From an uncultured Gemmatimonadales bacterium (lineage in GTDB: Bacteria > Gemmatimonadota > Gemmatimonadetes > Gemmatimonadales > GWC2-71-9), in assembly GCA_963722825.1 (NCBI GenBank), contig CAVROI010000001.1:1381370-1445369 (forward strand): 64,000 nt of DNA, read 5' to 3'. A model generated the notes under the pieces. The model was not told the origin of the DNA. It did not search any database and saw only the letters and a program-made list of their open reading frames with translations. A program made the translations under genes and the position numbers. Below, piece after piece: positions 1 through 10,623 of the stretch (positions within the stretch are counted from its first letter, which is position 1; each line of letters opens with the position of its first letter).

Positions 1-513
1 CGTCACGCCGACGAGTACCAGGTCGGGCGAATACTTCCAGACCTCGTGTTGCAGCGTGAGCAGCTCCTGGGCCGTCCCATAGCCGCCTTCGCCGAAGTTC
101 AGGACCTCGACAGGAGTGCCGCGTAAGACCGACAGGCGATGCGCGAGGACCTCTCCGGCCGTCAATTCGAACGGAACCTCGAAGCCCTGAATGAAGGAAT
201 CGCCAAGCAGAGCAATGCGGTATGTACCCGGGGGGTGCGCCACCGCTACTTCAGGTCCCCTCATGCCATCGCTGTTGATCTCGATCCAGGGATGTCCATT
301 GTACTCCTTCACGCTTTTTGCTCCGGGGATATGGGCGATTCCCCGAACGGGATCGGTCCATACGAAGACCGGGTAGCTGACACCCATGACCCGCAATACG
401 AGCTCGCACACCAGGAGAGTGACCAGGAGTGCCGCTCCTGCCAGGAGGAGATTGCTCACCACGCCTGACAATCCGCCCCGCCGCCGCGGGGCCCAGGTTG
501 GCCGGTCTTCCAT
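1..513 (-). CDS. SGNH/GDSL hydrolase family protein, N-terminal part (runs off the window)
   Basis: Manual minus-strand translation MEDRPTW...TM helix...RIALLGDSF...VLNFGEGGYGTAQE; GAGG RBS. Confidence 0.8.
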   Translation of the reverse strand, partial: MEDRPTWAPRRRGGLSGVVSNLLLAGAALLVTLLVCELVLRVMGVSYPVFVWTDPVRGIAHIPGAKSVKEYNGHPWIEINSDGMRGPEVAVAHPPGTYRIALLGDSFIQGFEVPFELTAGEVLAHRLSVLRGTPVEVLNFGEGGYGTAQELLTLQHEVWKYSPDLVLVGVT

Positions 514-807
514 CAACCTCTTCCTCTTCATCTGTTTATTCGGCGGCGCATCGCCCATTGCCGCCGCCGGTAGTCTCGTGCGTCGTCGATGCCCTCGACC
601 CAGCCCGCCTCCCAGCCGGTAGGCCAGGTCACCATCCCAATCTGTTGCTCTCTGTCGCCCCGGCCTCGCCCGTGGCGTGCGGAATTGAATACGCAACGCC
701 GAAGCTGTCCAGCCAGTGCGCGACATATCTGGCGCGAGTCGGGCGGGCTGCGACGCTCGTTCGCGTTCGAACATCTGTCCGCCAGGTATTCCTGGGGAGA
801 AGATACC

Positions 808-1818
808 GTGCGCCGGCTCATCGGTCGATTGGGTATCCTGCTGCTCGGGGCGGCGGCCCCAACGGAAGTGTACGCCCAAGGGTCCCGACTGCCTCACGCC
901 GATCAGGTGCGGCTGGCCGAGGCAATGCGGCTGGTTGGCGCCCTGAGCGACCACCTCTGGCCCGGCTGGGGGCGGACTACGCTGTCGGTGTTGCTGGTCG
1001 CCGACTCGGCCGAATTTCTCGTCGGCCATCCCAGACCGGATCCCGACTTCGTCCCCCTCGGCAACGACGCGCTGTTGAGGCGCGAAGTTTGGGCCCGGCC
1101 CCGCCGGTTCTCCCCGACCCTGCTGGCGACCTTCCCCGCTGTGGGCGGCGCCGCCACGATCGTGATCGGGTCCGCTGAGCGCACCGGGAAATCGTCGACT
1201 GCCTGGGTGCTGACAGTCCTCCACGAGCACTTCCACCAGTGGCAGTATTCTCAGCCCGGCTACTACGAAGGAGTGGCCCGGCTCGATCTGGCCCATGGCG
1301 ACTCCACGGGGCAATGGATGCTGGACTACCGCTTTCCGTACGACTCCCTCCCTGTACAGCAGGCGACGCGCCGCTTGGCCTCGGCGCTCCTCGTGGCTCT
1401 GGAGGCTCCACCAGCCACCAGGGACAAACCGTTGCGCGGCGTGCTGGCCGCTCGAGACACATTACGGGCCATCCTCACGGCCGCCGACTACCGTTACATG
1501 GAATTTCAGCTGTGGCAGGAAGGTGTGGCCCGTTACATCGAATACGCGGCAGCCCGAGCGGCAACCCGATTGGGCGGGCCCTCTGCCGAGTTTCGGAGCC
1601 TAGCCGACTATGAGCCCTATGGTGAGGCTGCCAATCGCGCGCGCCGGAACTTGCGGCAAGAGCTGGAGCAGTTTGCGTTGGGAGAGCAGAGGCGAGTCGC
1701 CTTCTACTCACTCGGGGCCGCCATGGCACAGCTATTGGAGGAAAGCCGATCGGACTGGAAGCGGGCCTACGCCGACCGACCATTCGCGCTCGCGGCCCTC
1801 CTCTCCGACGGGCGATAG
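808..1818 (+). CDS. Secreted hypothetical protein with HExxH motif
   Basis: GTG start, signal-like VRRLIGRLGILLL, HEHFH motif. Confidence 0.65.
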   Translation: MRRLIGRLGILLLGAAAPTEVYAQGSRLPHADQVRLAEAMRLVGALSDHLWPGWGRTTLSVLLVADSAEFLVGHPRPDPDFVPLGNDALLRREVWARPRRFSPTLLATFPAVGGAATIVIGSAERTGKSSTAWVLTVLHEHFHQWQYSQPGYYEGVARLDLAHGDSTGQWMLDYRFPYDSLPVQQATRRLASALLVALEAPPATRDKPLRGVLAARDTLRAILTAADYRYMEFQLWQEGVARYIEYAAARAATRLGGPSAEFRSLADYEPYGEAANRARRNLRQELEQFALGEQRRVAFYSLGAAMAQLLEESRSDWKRAYADRPFALAALLSDGR

Positions 1819-1853
1819 CGACGGGCGGCAGCAGCCCACCGCTCCCAAGTATC

Positions 1854-2279
1854 TCAGAGCGCCTTTCGGTACTGCACCGCGCGCTCCACTTCGACAAACC
1901 CAAGGCGCTCGTGCGCCTGCTGTGAAACCTCGTTCGTCAGACCCGTGTCGGACGCAAGCTCATGGTATCCGCACCGGCGCGCCCAGGCCTCCACGGCATG
2001 CACCAGTGCGGCGCCCACTCCCTGGCGCCGTATGTCGGGGTCGACATACCAGCCTTCGAGATACGCTACCGGACTCGTGAGGCAGCCCTCGGCGACGCTG
2101 CGCGCCCCCACCTCGGCGAACCCACTGAGTCCTCGTGGATGGCGTTCGGCAACCAGGACGGTGGCATCCGGCCGCGAAAGCCAGTCCGCCATGTCTTCGG
2201 CGGTCTGGCCGGGCCACAGTGCATCCCGCATCCGCCGCCACTCGTCATGGTCGCTGGACACGTAGAACTGAATTGTCAT
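1854..2279 (-). CDS. GNAT acetyltransferase, AAC(6')-I-like
   Basis: YLEGWYV...RRQGVG...ELASDT...HERLGF. Confidence 0.8.
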   Translation of the reverse strand: MTIQFYVSSDHDEWRRMRDALWPGQTAEDMADWLSRPDATVLVAERHPRGLSGFAEVGARSVAEGCLTSPVAYLEGWYVDPDIRRQGVGAALVHAVEAWARRCGYHELASDTGLTNEVSQQAHERLGFVEVERAVQYRKAL

Positions 2280-2309
2280 GGATGGGATCCGTCCATCGGA
2301 GGATTGCGT

Positions 2310-2816
2310 CTAACAGCCTGTCCATGGCTGCCGCCGCGGGATCCACCGCGGAACGTTGGCCTTGTAGGTCCGATACGCCTGGCCGAACCGTTGCTCCAGC
2401 CCTGGCTCCTCCAAGAGAATGAAATAGAGTTGGTTGAACGCGAGGAAGGTCGCGGCCCACAGACCGAGTGCTCTGGTGCCCGTGAAGATGGCCTCTCCCA
2501 GGAGCATCCATAGGACTCCACCAATCATCGGGTTGCGAACGTAGGCGTAGGGACCCGCGGCCACCAGGTGCCGTGTCGGATCCCAGGGGGCGAGCGTCCC
2601 GCGACCGAAGCGAGCGAAGAGGCTCACGCACCAGACGAAGAGCGCGAAGCCCCCGACGAAGAGCGCAGTCCCGGCACCCGCACGGAACCAGTCCCACATC
2701 GGCTCACTCCCTACATGAAAAGCAGGGACCTGACGAATCAAGACGCTCGGCACGATGACGACCATGACGAACGGCAGGAGCGCAACGGCGAGCAGGTGAC
2801 GCAGGAGCATGAGCAT
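2310..2816 (-). CDS. Isoprenylcysteine carboxylmethyltransferase/PEMT family membrane protein
   Basis: GPYAYVRNPM, EE..L..RFG..Y..Y...VPRW. Confidence 0.85.
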   Translation of the reverse strand: MLMLLRHLLAVALLPFVMVVIVPSVLIRQVPAFHVGSEPMWDWFRAGAGTALFVGGFALFVWCVSLFARFGRGTLAPWDPTRHLVAAGPYAYVRNPMIGGVLWMLLGEAIFTGTRALGLWAATFLAFNQLYFILLEEPGLEQRFGQAYRTYKANVPRWIPRRQPWTGC

Positions 2817-2859
2817 GACTACACCGGTCCCCCTGTACTTGAACGGCCGGCCCTACGAG

Positions 2860-3246
2860 TCAGGCCAGCAGTGCCGAGAGCGCGTGGGCTGGGCTCGGCG
2901 CCGCGGTCGCCCGGAGGACAACCTCGGCATCGGCCGCGCGAATCTCCAGCATTGCGTCCGGGAAAGTCACGAGCCAGCGACGCTGGTTCATGCCCGACTC
3001 AGGCTTCGTCACGCCCGGTATCTCGTAGAAGCTGCCGCGCGGCAGCGTCGGCGTGACCTCGATGACGTGCGCCGCGGGCGGGGCGCCCCAGGCATAGTGC
3101 GCGACGTGGTGAAACCGCACGACCGCGCAGTGGTCCGGATCGCGCGCGATCCGATAGGACAGCCAGAGAGTGCCATCCGACGAGAGAACCACAGGCGCAG
3201 GCGCCACGGCACTCATGGGCGGTGGCTCGGACCATTCCAGAAGCAT
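2860..3246 (-). CDS. Hypothetical protein
   Basis: 3' part of ORF 2860..3666; start uncertain. Confidence 0.5.
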   Translation of the reverse strand: MLLEWSEPPPMSAVAPAPVVLSSDGTLWLSYRIARDPDHCAVVRFHHVAHYAWGAPPAAHVIEVTPTLPRGSFYEIPGVTKPESGMNQRRWLVTFPDAMLEIRAADAEVVLRATAAPSPAHALSALLA

Positions 3247-3338
3247 TCCACGATTCTCCACGCATTCGCCTCGCCATTGCGGGAAGAATTGGAAGCGATC
3301 ATCTCTGCTCGCCCGAGTCAATGCCTCGCGGGCGCGGG

Positions 3339-3666
3339 TCAGGCCGAGCTTGCGGGCGCGAGGGGCCGTTCCGACATCAACGCCAACAGGTGCTGGTCGG
3401 GATCCCGGAGAAACGCCATCCACAGCTCGTGATCGGCGAGCCGCGCTATGCGATGCGGTGCGTCCACAAATTGCCGCTCCGCGGCCGCGGAGCGTGTCAT
3501 ATAGCCACCGTGAGCATGAGACGCACGCCCCCGCAATCGAAGAACGCAAGGCCCGGTGGCGCTTGAAACAGGAATCGCAAGCCCAACACGTCTCGGTAGA
3601 ACGCCGTCGCGCGCACGAGGTCGGCGACCGGGATGGCGAGTTGGCCAATGCCCGCAGGGCCCCCAT
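3339..3666 (-). pseudogene. VOC/glyoxalase family, frameshifted
   Basis: IGQLAIPVADLVRATAFYRDVLGL and WMAFLRDPD lie in different frames. Confidence 0.7.
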
Positions 3667-3690
3667 AGCTGTTCTTGTTGCCGGTACCGT

Positions 3691-3948
3691 CTAGCGAGTT
3701 TGCTGGACCGAATCCGTTCCGCTCGCCACGACCACCGGGGATGGCTTCAGGATTCCACCGGGCTCGGAGTCTGTCGGTTCGACATGCCGCGGTGGAAACC
3801 GGGCCGCCAGGGTCCAGCATGAGGTCGCAGCGCGGAACGAACAGTCGGGCGCCGCGGCGGAAGCAGTCGAGGAAGACTGCGTGATGGCGGCGCAGCCGCC
3901 GAGAAACCCGACTCCCAAGACCAGTAGTACAGTTGGTGGGTTTCGCAT
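3691..3948 (-). CDS. Small putative lipoprotein
   Basis: Hydrophobic N-terminus ending LGGC. Confidence 0.45.
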   Translation of the reverse strand: MRNPPTVLLVLGVGFLGGCAAITQSSSTASAAAPDCSFRAATSCWTLAARFPPRHVEPTDSEPGGILKPSPVVVASGTDSVQQTR

Positions 3949-4004
3949 ATGCGTAGCGCGTCTCCGTCTAAGTCGAGAAATACACCTTGGGCAACTGCTC
4001 TGCC

Positions 4005-4397
4005 TCAGTCGCCAGTCGGGATAATGCCGGCGTTCTCCACCATCAGGATCACCGTGCGCTCAGGAGCGCGTGTGCGGTGGACGACTCCCCTGGGCACGAC
4101 GAAGCCCTGCCGGGGAGCCAGGTCGACGGTGCGATCCTCCAGGTCGATGAGGAAGCGTCCTTCTATGACGTAGAAGAACTCATCGTCATTGTCATGCTTG
4201 TGCCAGTGGTACTCGCCCTGGATGACGCCAAGCCGCACGACGGAATCGTTCACCCGACACAGAGTCTGGTTGTACCACGGATCAGTGCAGGCGTCAATGA
4301 GACCTTGCACGTCCACAAGCTCCAGCTGGCCATACAGGACATTGAGATGGGTCGCGTATGGATAGGCTGGTTGCGAGCCAGCCGCGCTTTCCGCCAT
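4005..4397 (-). CDS. Cupin domain protein
   Basis: GEYHWHKHDNDDEFFYVIEG...VPRGVVH. Confidence 0.85.
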   Translation of the reverse strand: MAESAAGSQPAYPYATHLNVLYGQLELVDVQGLIDACTDPWYNQTLCRVNDSVVRLGVIQGEYHWHKHDNDDEFFYVIEGRFLIDLEDRTVDLAPRQGFVVPRGVVHRTRAPERTVILMVENAGIIPTGD

Positions 4398-4607
4398 GAT
4401 GTCCGCTCCTCCCGAAAGTTGTCCCCGTACGGGTCGGTCCGCCCTCAAACGCCGACGTTTCTGAGCGAAGCCTCCTGCGCACCTCACGTCTCCTTCATGA
4501 AACATGACGCAGACTTGCCATCAATCGGCGCGGGCCTTCGGCAGCCCGAGGTCACGCTGGGAGGACGCCCCGAGTGTAGCGTCGGTCAACATCCCTCTGG
4601 AGTCTGC

Positions 4608-4976
4608 ATGCCGTACCGCCTGGCCACCCTGATCGTCGGCCTCCTCCTCGCCACGACGAGCCCGGTCTACACTCAGAGTCCGCGACCGATACCGGCCGCG
4701 CCTCTGAGCTTCGAGTCGTGGCGAGCAGGTGCACCCCTCGATCGCCCCAGCCAACCGGTCACCGGTCAATTCCTCGTAACATCGCGGGATCGAACACGGC
4801 ATGCACTGCTCGGAGGCGCCATTGGGGCCGCGGCGGGAGTGGCTTTCTGTACCGTGGTCTCGACTCTGGTCGACGACTCGGCGGATGGCGGGCTGTCCTT
4901 CTGCCCGCTCGACAGCAATCTTCTCATCGGAGCAGCGGGCTTCGCACTCGGAGCTGTCATCGGCTGGGCGATCTGA
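4608..4976 (+). CDS. Hypothetical membrane/secreted protein
   Basis: Signal peptide and glycine-rich TM segments; GGAG RBS. Confidence 0.6.
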   Translation: MPYRLATLIVGLLLATTSPVYTQSPRPIPAAPLSFESWRAGAPLDRPSQPVTGQFLVTSRDRTRHALLGGAIGAAAGVAFCTVVSTLVDDSADGGLSFCPLDSNLLIGAAGFALGAVIGWAI

Positions 4977-5271
4977 GCCGAATTAGCGCCCCGATCACCC
5001 TGCACGAACGAGCCCACCATCCACCAGCAGGCTCTCGCCGGTGACATAGCTGGCCTCGGGCGAAACCAGGAAAGCGGCGAAGCAAGTCTTGGGGTGTTGT
5101 CACGGATCCGCGGATGCTCGTGGCGCCAAGCTCGGTCGCGAGCAGGTCGACGTCCGCCGATCGCGCCATCAGAAGCAGACGAGATCCCCGGCGCCCCAAT
5201 TCACGGGCACACGCAGCACCCAGCCCTCGGCTGGCGGCTGTCACCAGGGCAACGGGACCATCGGAGATCAC
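4957..5271 (-). pseudogene. SDR oxidoreductase remnant (internal deletion)
   Basis: VALVTAASRGLG N-terminus, then abrupt loss of homology. Confidence 0.65.
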
Positions 5272-5341
5272 GGCAGTTCCATGGCTGCCGTCGGTCGTGG
5301 TGTGGATTGGGGGGGCGCGATGGCCCGCGACATCAGCCGAT

Positions 5342-5731
5342 TCATGAACGCATCTCGGAGGCTAGCACCCGCTGCCTGACGGTCCCGATGTCGCGCACCG
5401 GACGAATTTCCACGCAGCCGGTGCGTGCCCAGGGGAACTGCGCCGCGATTTGGACGGCTTCGTCCATGTCCCGGGCCTCGATCAGGTTGAAGCCACCCAG
5501 GACTTCCTTGGCTTCGCTGAATGGTCCGTCGGTCACCCGGGCATGGCCGTTGCGGATGCGCACGGACTTCGCCGTGTCTGTCCCCTCGAGCATCTGGGAC
5601 TCGATCAAGCGGCCGTCCTGACGAAGGTCGTCGGCGTGGGCGAGGCAGTCGCGCATCATGGCATCTGCCTGGCCGGTAGGCAGCGAATCGAGAAGCGTGC
5701 CGTCGTTATAGATCAGGAGCATGAACTTCAT
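5342..5731 (-). CDS. YciI/DGPF family protein
   Basis: VTDGPFSEAKEVLGGF...VEIRPV. Confidence 0.9.
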   Translation of the reverse strand: MKFMLLIYNDGTLLDSLPTGQADAMMRDCLAHADDLRQDGRLIESQMLEGTDTAKSVRIRNGHARVTDGPFSEAKEVLGGFNLIEARDMDEAVQIAAQFPWARTGCVEIRPVRDIGTVRQRVLASEMRS

Positions 5732-5794
5732 GCCTATCCTCATGGTTCGGGTGTCCAACGGAGCGTTAGGTCAGGTTTTCCTGCAATGCGCGGG

Positions 5795-6445
5795 TCAGGT
5801 CGCGTTCCGCCGCCTGCAGACGACGACCTCCCAGTTGAGGTTCGAGCGCGTCCGCTGCACCTCAAATCCGAGCGCCTGAATCAGCGACCGAATCCGGGCA
5901 ACAGGATGCACAAAAAAGCGAAAAGGATTGCCGGCCCGTTGCCGGCGATAATTCTGCCAGAACACCCGGCCCCTCACATACCACCGATCCTGCGGATAGC
6001 TGAGCGCATAATACCGTCTGGCCTTCTGCGCCGAGGCCCGGATGAGCGCCTCGAGGTCCGGATAACAGCACACCACGCGGTCCAAGGTCACAAGATCGGC
6101 GGCCGCGAGCTCAGCGCCCGTGCTCACCATATCGCCCTGCCAGAAGCGCACTCGACCCTCATGTCCACGACGGACAACTTCCTCTTTCGCGGCTTCCAGG
6201 AAACCGCTCGCCACTTCGAGGTGAACCGCGCGCTGGACGCTTCGATCGAGCAATTCGTGGTGCAGGACTCCGATGCCGGCGCCAACGTCGAGCACGGTCT
6301 CCGCGGAAAGGCCGAGCTCTGCCAGGCTCAGGAGCATCAGCCGGGCGGTTCCAGTGGGCCCCCTGCGCCGATAGCTGGCCAGATCCCTCCGCGCACGCGC
6401 CGGCGTGAAGTGAGCGTCGGTGAACTCACAGTGGCAGATTGGCAT
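5795..6445 (-). CDS. Class I SAM-dependent methyltransferase
   Basis: VLDVGAGIG, DRVVCCYPD. Confidence 0.85.
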   Translation of the reverse strand: MPICHCEFTDAHFTPARARRDLASYRRRGPTGTARLMLLSLAELGLSAETVLDVGAGIGVLHHELLDRSVQRAVHLEVASGFLEAAKEEVVRRGHEGRVRFWQGDMVSTGAELAAADLVTLDRVVCCYPDLEALIRASAQKARRYYALSYPQDRWYVRGRVFWQNYRRQRAGNPFRFFVHPVARIRSLIQALGFEVQRTRSNLNWEVVVCRRRNAT

Positions 6446-6545
6446 TACTTCCCCGGAAAGCGGCCGACCAAGCGCGCATCATCTGGAAATGCCAGCCCGC
6501 TCTCCCCTGTCTCCACGAGGTCCGACCGAAGGGAGTCCCGACGTC

Positions 6546-6728
6546 TCACGCCCGCGACGCGGGGCGAAGGACACGCCAAGCCCAAACACAGAGCGCGGCT
6601 GAGGCCAGAGTGATGACAATGTACCAGGGGTCCGTCGCAAGGCCGGGGCCTTCCTCGAAGGCACGCCAGAGATGCACCACGAACAACACCCCGAAAAGGA
6701 CACCGGTCGTCGTCACATAGGCCTTCAT
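6546..6728 (-). CDS. Small two-TM membrane protein
   Basis: 60-aa hydrophobic ORF with GGAG RBS. Confidence 0.6.
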   Translation of the reverse strand: MKAYVTTTGVLFGVLFVVHLWRAFEEGPGLATDPWYIVITLASAALCVWAWRVLRPASRA

Positions 6729-6790
6729 GAAATTGTCTCCAAAGGATGCCTCAGCCCCGCGTCGCCATCAGATGCGCGCGTCCTCCGCGA

Positions 6791-7159
6791 TTACGGCTGC
6801 CCGAGCTTCATCGCAAGACGTTTCGGTGCGACCAGTCGATACGCGTCTCGTAGCAACGTCCCCAACTCTTCCCACTCCATTCCGCCGTCGAGGCAAGCAC
6901 CCACCCAGCCGCTGGGGCCGACGTACGGCGGAACGAAGAACCGCTGCGGCGCGGCCTTCACCATCAGGGACTGGTTGCCCGGACCAGCCTTGAACCAGAC
7001 GGCAGGGCGGCCGTCCCCATGGTGGTTGCCGGCCCCGGCATACATCGCAAAGAGCTTGTTCCGGACCCGAAACGTGGGCTCGCCCCAGGCTTCCACCTCG
7101 TGCGCCTCAGGCAATGCGAGACAGAGTTTGCGGAGCCGAATCAGAGGGCGCGTTGCCAT
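6791..7159 (-). CDS. MmcQ/YjbR family protein
   Basis: WGEPTFRVRNKLFA...FFVPPYVGPSGW. Confidence 0.85.
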   Translation of the reverse strand: MATRPLIRLRKLCLALPEAHEVEAWGEPTFRVRNKLFAMYAGAGNHHGDGRPAVWFKAGPGNQSLMVKAAPQRFFVPPYVGPSGWVGACLDGGMEWEELGTLLRDAYRLVAPKRLAMKLGQP

Positions 7160-7361
7160 TGCTCGCGGCTGCCGCAGCGCAGCGGCGTTAGACCGCGCCG
7201 GGCATCTGCAGATGGTGGTGGCAGATATGCAACAGGTGAAACCTCGCGAACTACCCCACGGAGACTCGACCAGGAATGGGACACGTCACTGCCGCACGCC
7301 CCGTCGCCAGCGCGGTGTCGAGATGGGCATGGAAGTGCACGCTCGGGCGCTACTGCCGGAG

Positions 7362-7718
7362 TCACTTTGCATAGTGGTCGGCGCCCAGGAAGTGCAGGGA
7401 GACGTAGGGCTCGTCCCCGACGACCCAGCTGTCATGCGGCTCCGCGGGAATATGGAAGAGCTCGCCCTTCCGTAGCTCCACCACTCGACCATCGGCAAAG
7501 GCCGCGGTAGCAGTCCCCGCCAACACCAGACCGACGTGCTCGACGGTGCAGTGGGTCGCACCCACGCTCGGCCCTACATGTGCCGACCAGCGCCAGCCCG
7601 GCTCGTAGGTGGCTCGCCCGATGCTGAGGCCGCCGAGGTGCACCACTTCGAAGCGCCCTTTGATCATCGGTCGAACTTCATCGGGCGCCTCGAACCGCTT
7701 GAGTATGACGTCAACCAT
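7362..7718 (-). CDS. Cupin domain protein
   Basis: EPGWRWS..H...PHDSWVVG. Confidence 0.8.
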   Translation of the reverse strand: MVDVILKRFEAPDEVRPMIKGRFEVVHLGGLSIGRATYEPGWRWSAHVGPSVGATHCTVEHVGLVLAGTATAAFADGRVVELRKGELFHIPAEPHDSWVVGDEPYVSLHFLGADHYAK

Positions 7719-7881
7719 GTGAGGATCGCATGGCGGTCGACTCCGGTGGCTTGTCACGAACAGGCGATGGGCTGTCCGGACCTCGAGTGATGACCCTCAC
7801 GGCTTCCCCCCTCTCATCTCCGTACCCTCCACCTGTCGGAAGGATCGCCGAACGAGCGCTCCCGCTACTCGTGGAGGACGT

Positions 7882-8058
7882 ATGTTGCGCTGGGCCTTCA
7901 TTTTCCTCATCATCGCGCTGGTAGCCGCCGCGCTCGGGTTTGGCGGGATCGCCGCCACGGCCGCCGGCATTGCGAAGATCCTCTTCTACATCTTCCTGGC
8001 GCTATTCCTTGTCGCGCTCATCGCCGGCCTGGCGATCGGGCGCAAGGTATCGTCATAG
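7882..8058 (+). CDS. DUF1328 (YtjA-like) small membrane protein
   Basis: Manual translation [24 protein letters not shown]...; GGAGG RBS; below the ORF-track cutoff. Confidence 0.9.
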   Translation: MLRWAFIFLIIALVAAALGFGGIAATAAGIAKILFYIFLALFLVALIAGLAIGRKVSS

Positions 8059-8158
8059 CCGTTCCAGGCCACTGAGCCGTAAGAACGGCCAGCTTCCTGT
8101 GGACCGGCGACGAAGGTCGCCGGTCCGCAGATCGGGGGCCTGGTCGGGCCGCATGCGC

Positions 8159-8611
8159 TCACGCGGGGACACTCGAGGACCGTCGCCGGTCCACAAACGC
8201 TGCCACATCGCGCAACTCAACCTCCCACTGCGAGATGCGCTGGCCTTCTATGGAGACTTCCTGCCGCGGGCCGGCATGAAGCTCCGGGTTTTGCGGATCG
8301 AAGGCGTCAGTGAGCTGTGCCACGAGAAACAGGCGTTCCTGCACATAAACGCGGTTGCCTTCGCGCCATGCAGACCAACCCAGATGGTAGTCGGCGTCCG
8401 GCCGGAGCATGTGCGTCAAGAAGACGGCAACCGGCGCACCGGCGACCAGGCGCTCCGCCGATTCCAGCCAGTGCGCGGCATAATCTCCAGGCGCCCAATC
8501 ATAAAGCGGGGCTTGAAACTCGTCACGAAAGTGGCCGAGGGTGATTCGGCCCCAAATGAAGAGACGCTCACCTTCGCCTTCGGGTCGGCCAATCAATTCA
8601 ATGTCGAACAC
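8159..8611 (-). CDS. Putative CdiI-like immunity protein
   Basis: GRITLGHFRDEFQAPLYDW...DY..HW pattern resembles the CdiI N-terminal family. Confidence 0.55.
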   Translation of the reverse strand: MFDIELIGRPEGEGERLFIWGRITLGHFRDEFQAPLYDWAPGDYAAHWLESAERLVAGAPVAVFLTHMLRPDADYHLGWSAWREGNRVYVQERLFLVAQLTDAFDPQNPELHAGPRQEVSIEGQRISQWEVELRDVAAFVDRRRSSSVPA

Positions 8612-8914
8612 CGTTGGTCCGCCAAGGTGGATCTTTGTCGCTGGCGCCGGTGGACGATCCGGCGCGTGTGGTCACTCCTCAGTACGGTAACGCCGCTACG
8701 CTGCGCCGCAAATCGGCGGACCCCGATGAGCGGTCATCGGACGGTGGGGTCAGCTTGACCTCGAATGTACTGTGGGCGTGCCGCGTGATGAATGTCTCGG
8801 CTCCAGTGACCTCTGCTCGGCCCTCCCACTTCCCTTCGACCCTATCCAGTTGAACGGGGTGGGCACCCGTCAAAAGGGCACTCAGGCTTCCCTCGGGCCG
8901 AGCTCAAGGCGCGG

Positions 8915-9400
8915 TCAGGCGGAGCGAGCCCGGACCTCTTCCGAGGTCAAGCCGTAGAGGGGCGGCGTGGGCACCTCGAGCATGTTGAGCATCAGACAAA
9001 TCTGCCCCCGATGACGCGCCTCGTGCTCCACCATGGCCCTGAGCCACTTCCAGGTCGTAATGGCGACGCCTGCCGGAGTCTGACACTTCCGTTCGGATCC
9101 GCATCACTTAGTGCGCCGATAATTTCCTTCGCCTCGGTATCGAGCCGGTCGAAGTACGCGAGTACCGCCTCGTACCCATCCGCGAGCTCGTGACCACAGC
9201 CGCGATAGCGACTGGGGCGGCCCGCGATGGTTTCGGCATACATGTATCGCTCGATCGTCGCGAGATGCCGCACCAGATCTCCCAGAGTGAAGCTACCAGC
9301 TCGGTAGGTCCATTCGAGGCGGGCGCGTAATGCAGGCCACCACGCGGCGCGTCCGCCCTCGAAGGCTGTCCCAGTAGTTCAGGAATTGCGGCACAGATCT
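8915..9400 (-). pseudogene. DinB family protein, multiply frameshifted
   Basis: DLVRHLATIERYMYAE and C-terminal H-R-G-Q...LYGLTSEEV are in different frames; ends approximate. Confidence 0.7.
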
Positions 9401-9647
9401 GATTTCCACCGGCGTTGATCCTTTGTCCCGGGAAGCCGTCCCGCGACCCCGGACTCATGTGATTTACGGCCTGATGAGACCCTCGAGACCGTTCCTATCA
9501 CCAGCTTTAAGTTTGCGCAGGCATGTGGCTCCCGTCCGCGCAGCCTGGCCAGTGAGTGATCGGGCTCACTGCTTGACCGCGCCGGTCGAGCCTACACTGC
9601 GAGCAGCGTCGGGCTGTGCGAGCCCGCATTTCACGCGGGAGGTTCGG

Positions 9648-9992
9648 ATGGTCCCACGACACGAGTCTTCATTCTCCAGGTCCACCGAGCAGGCACGTCT
9701 GCAGCGCTATGAGCCCACCCCGGTGTATGCCCTCGCCGAGCGCCTGAAACGGACCGGCGTGGAGCTTGACAAGATCCTTGGGCCCTGGCGCTCCATCGGA
9801 CGATCGCTTCGGCGGCCCGGTCGCAACGCGGAAAAGATGATTCCGATCGTCACGAACGGCGTCGCCGAGCTCGCGGTAGACACCGCGGAGCGAGCCGCGG
9901 ACCTTTCCGGACTCCTCAATTGGTGCGGCGTCGATCACCTCGAGCCGGTCCCGAACCTGCGGCCGCCCAATCAAGATTTGGCCCAAGCTTGA
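9648..9992 (+). CDS. Hypothetical protein
   Basis: GGAGG RBS before ATG. Confidence 0.6.
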   Translation: MVPRHESSFSRSTEQARLQRYEPTPVYALAERLKRTGVELDKILGPWRSIGRSLRRPGRNAEKMIPIVTNGVAELAVDTAERAADLSGLLNWCGVDHLEPVPNLRPPNQDLAQA

Positions 9993-10121
9993 AGCGGCGG
10001 ACGCACGGTTCGGTCGGACGCCGCTTTTCGCGATCTCGACCACCAGCTGTTCATGAATGGTCATAATTCACTTCACCGCTCGACCAGGCGTCGATCTTGC
10101 GAGTGAAGGTCGGGCATCAGG

Positions 10122-10622
10122 CTAGAAGGTTGCAGGATACAACTCGGCGCTGCCATCCAGATTTCCCGTGTCGGCGTAAGTCATCGGCAGCGCGTCGGGA
10201 ATCAGCACCCGACCACCCACAACCTGTCCCAGCACGAGCTCGTGATCTCCGGCCGCGTACCGGCCAGCAACATGGCACTCGAGATAGGCGAGGGCATCCA
10301 GCAAGACCGGCGCACCTCCGGGAGCTGTCTGCCAACGCCAACCTGCCAGCTTGTCGGCCACCCGGCCCGACTGGGTACCGAAATGCCGCGCGGCCTCGAC
10401 CTGACCGCGACTCAACACGCTCACGGCAAAGCGTTCTGCCGCTATCAGAATCGGATACGAGGCATGCCCTGGGTTGATGCTGAGCGCCAGGAGCAGCGGG
10501 CTGAAGCTGACCTGGGTGATCCACGCCGCCGTGAACCCGTCCTTCTGTTCCCCATGTGCGACCCCGACGACGTACAAGCCATTCGTGAGTCGGCGAAACA
10601 CTTCCAGCGGGTGGTCGTTCAT
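10122..10622 (-). CDS. Flavin reductase family protein
   Basis: GFTAAWITQVSFSP...GDHELVLG. Confidence 0.9.
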   Translation of the reverse strand: MNDHPLEVFRRLTNGLYVVGVAHGEQKDGFTAAWITQVSFSPLLLALSINPGHASYPILIAAERFAVSVLSRGQVEAARHFGTQSGRVADKLAGWRWQTAPGGAPVLLDALAYLECHVAGRYAAGDHELVLGQVVGGRVLIPDALPMTYADTGNLDGSAELYPATF

Positions 10623-10623
10623 G

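Noticed and set aside
5450..6613. Long plus-strand ORFs such as 5450..6613, 17545..18642 and 53461..54645
   Set aside because: Antisense to well-supported genes and low-complexity; GC-rich artefacts
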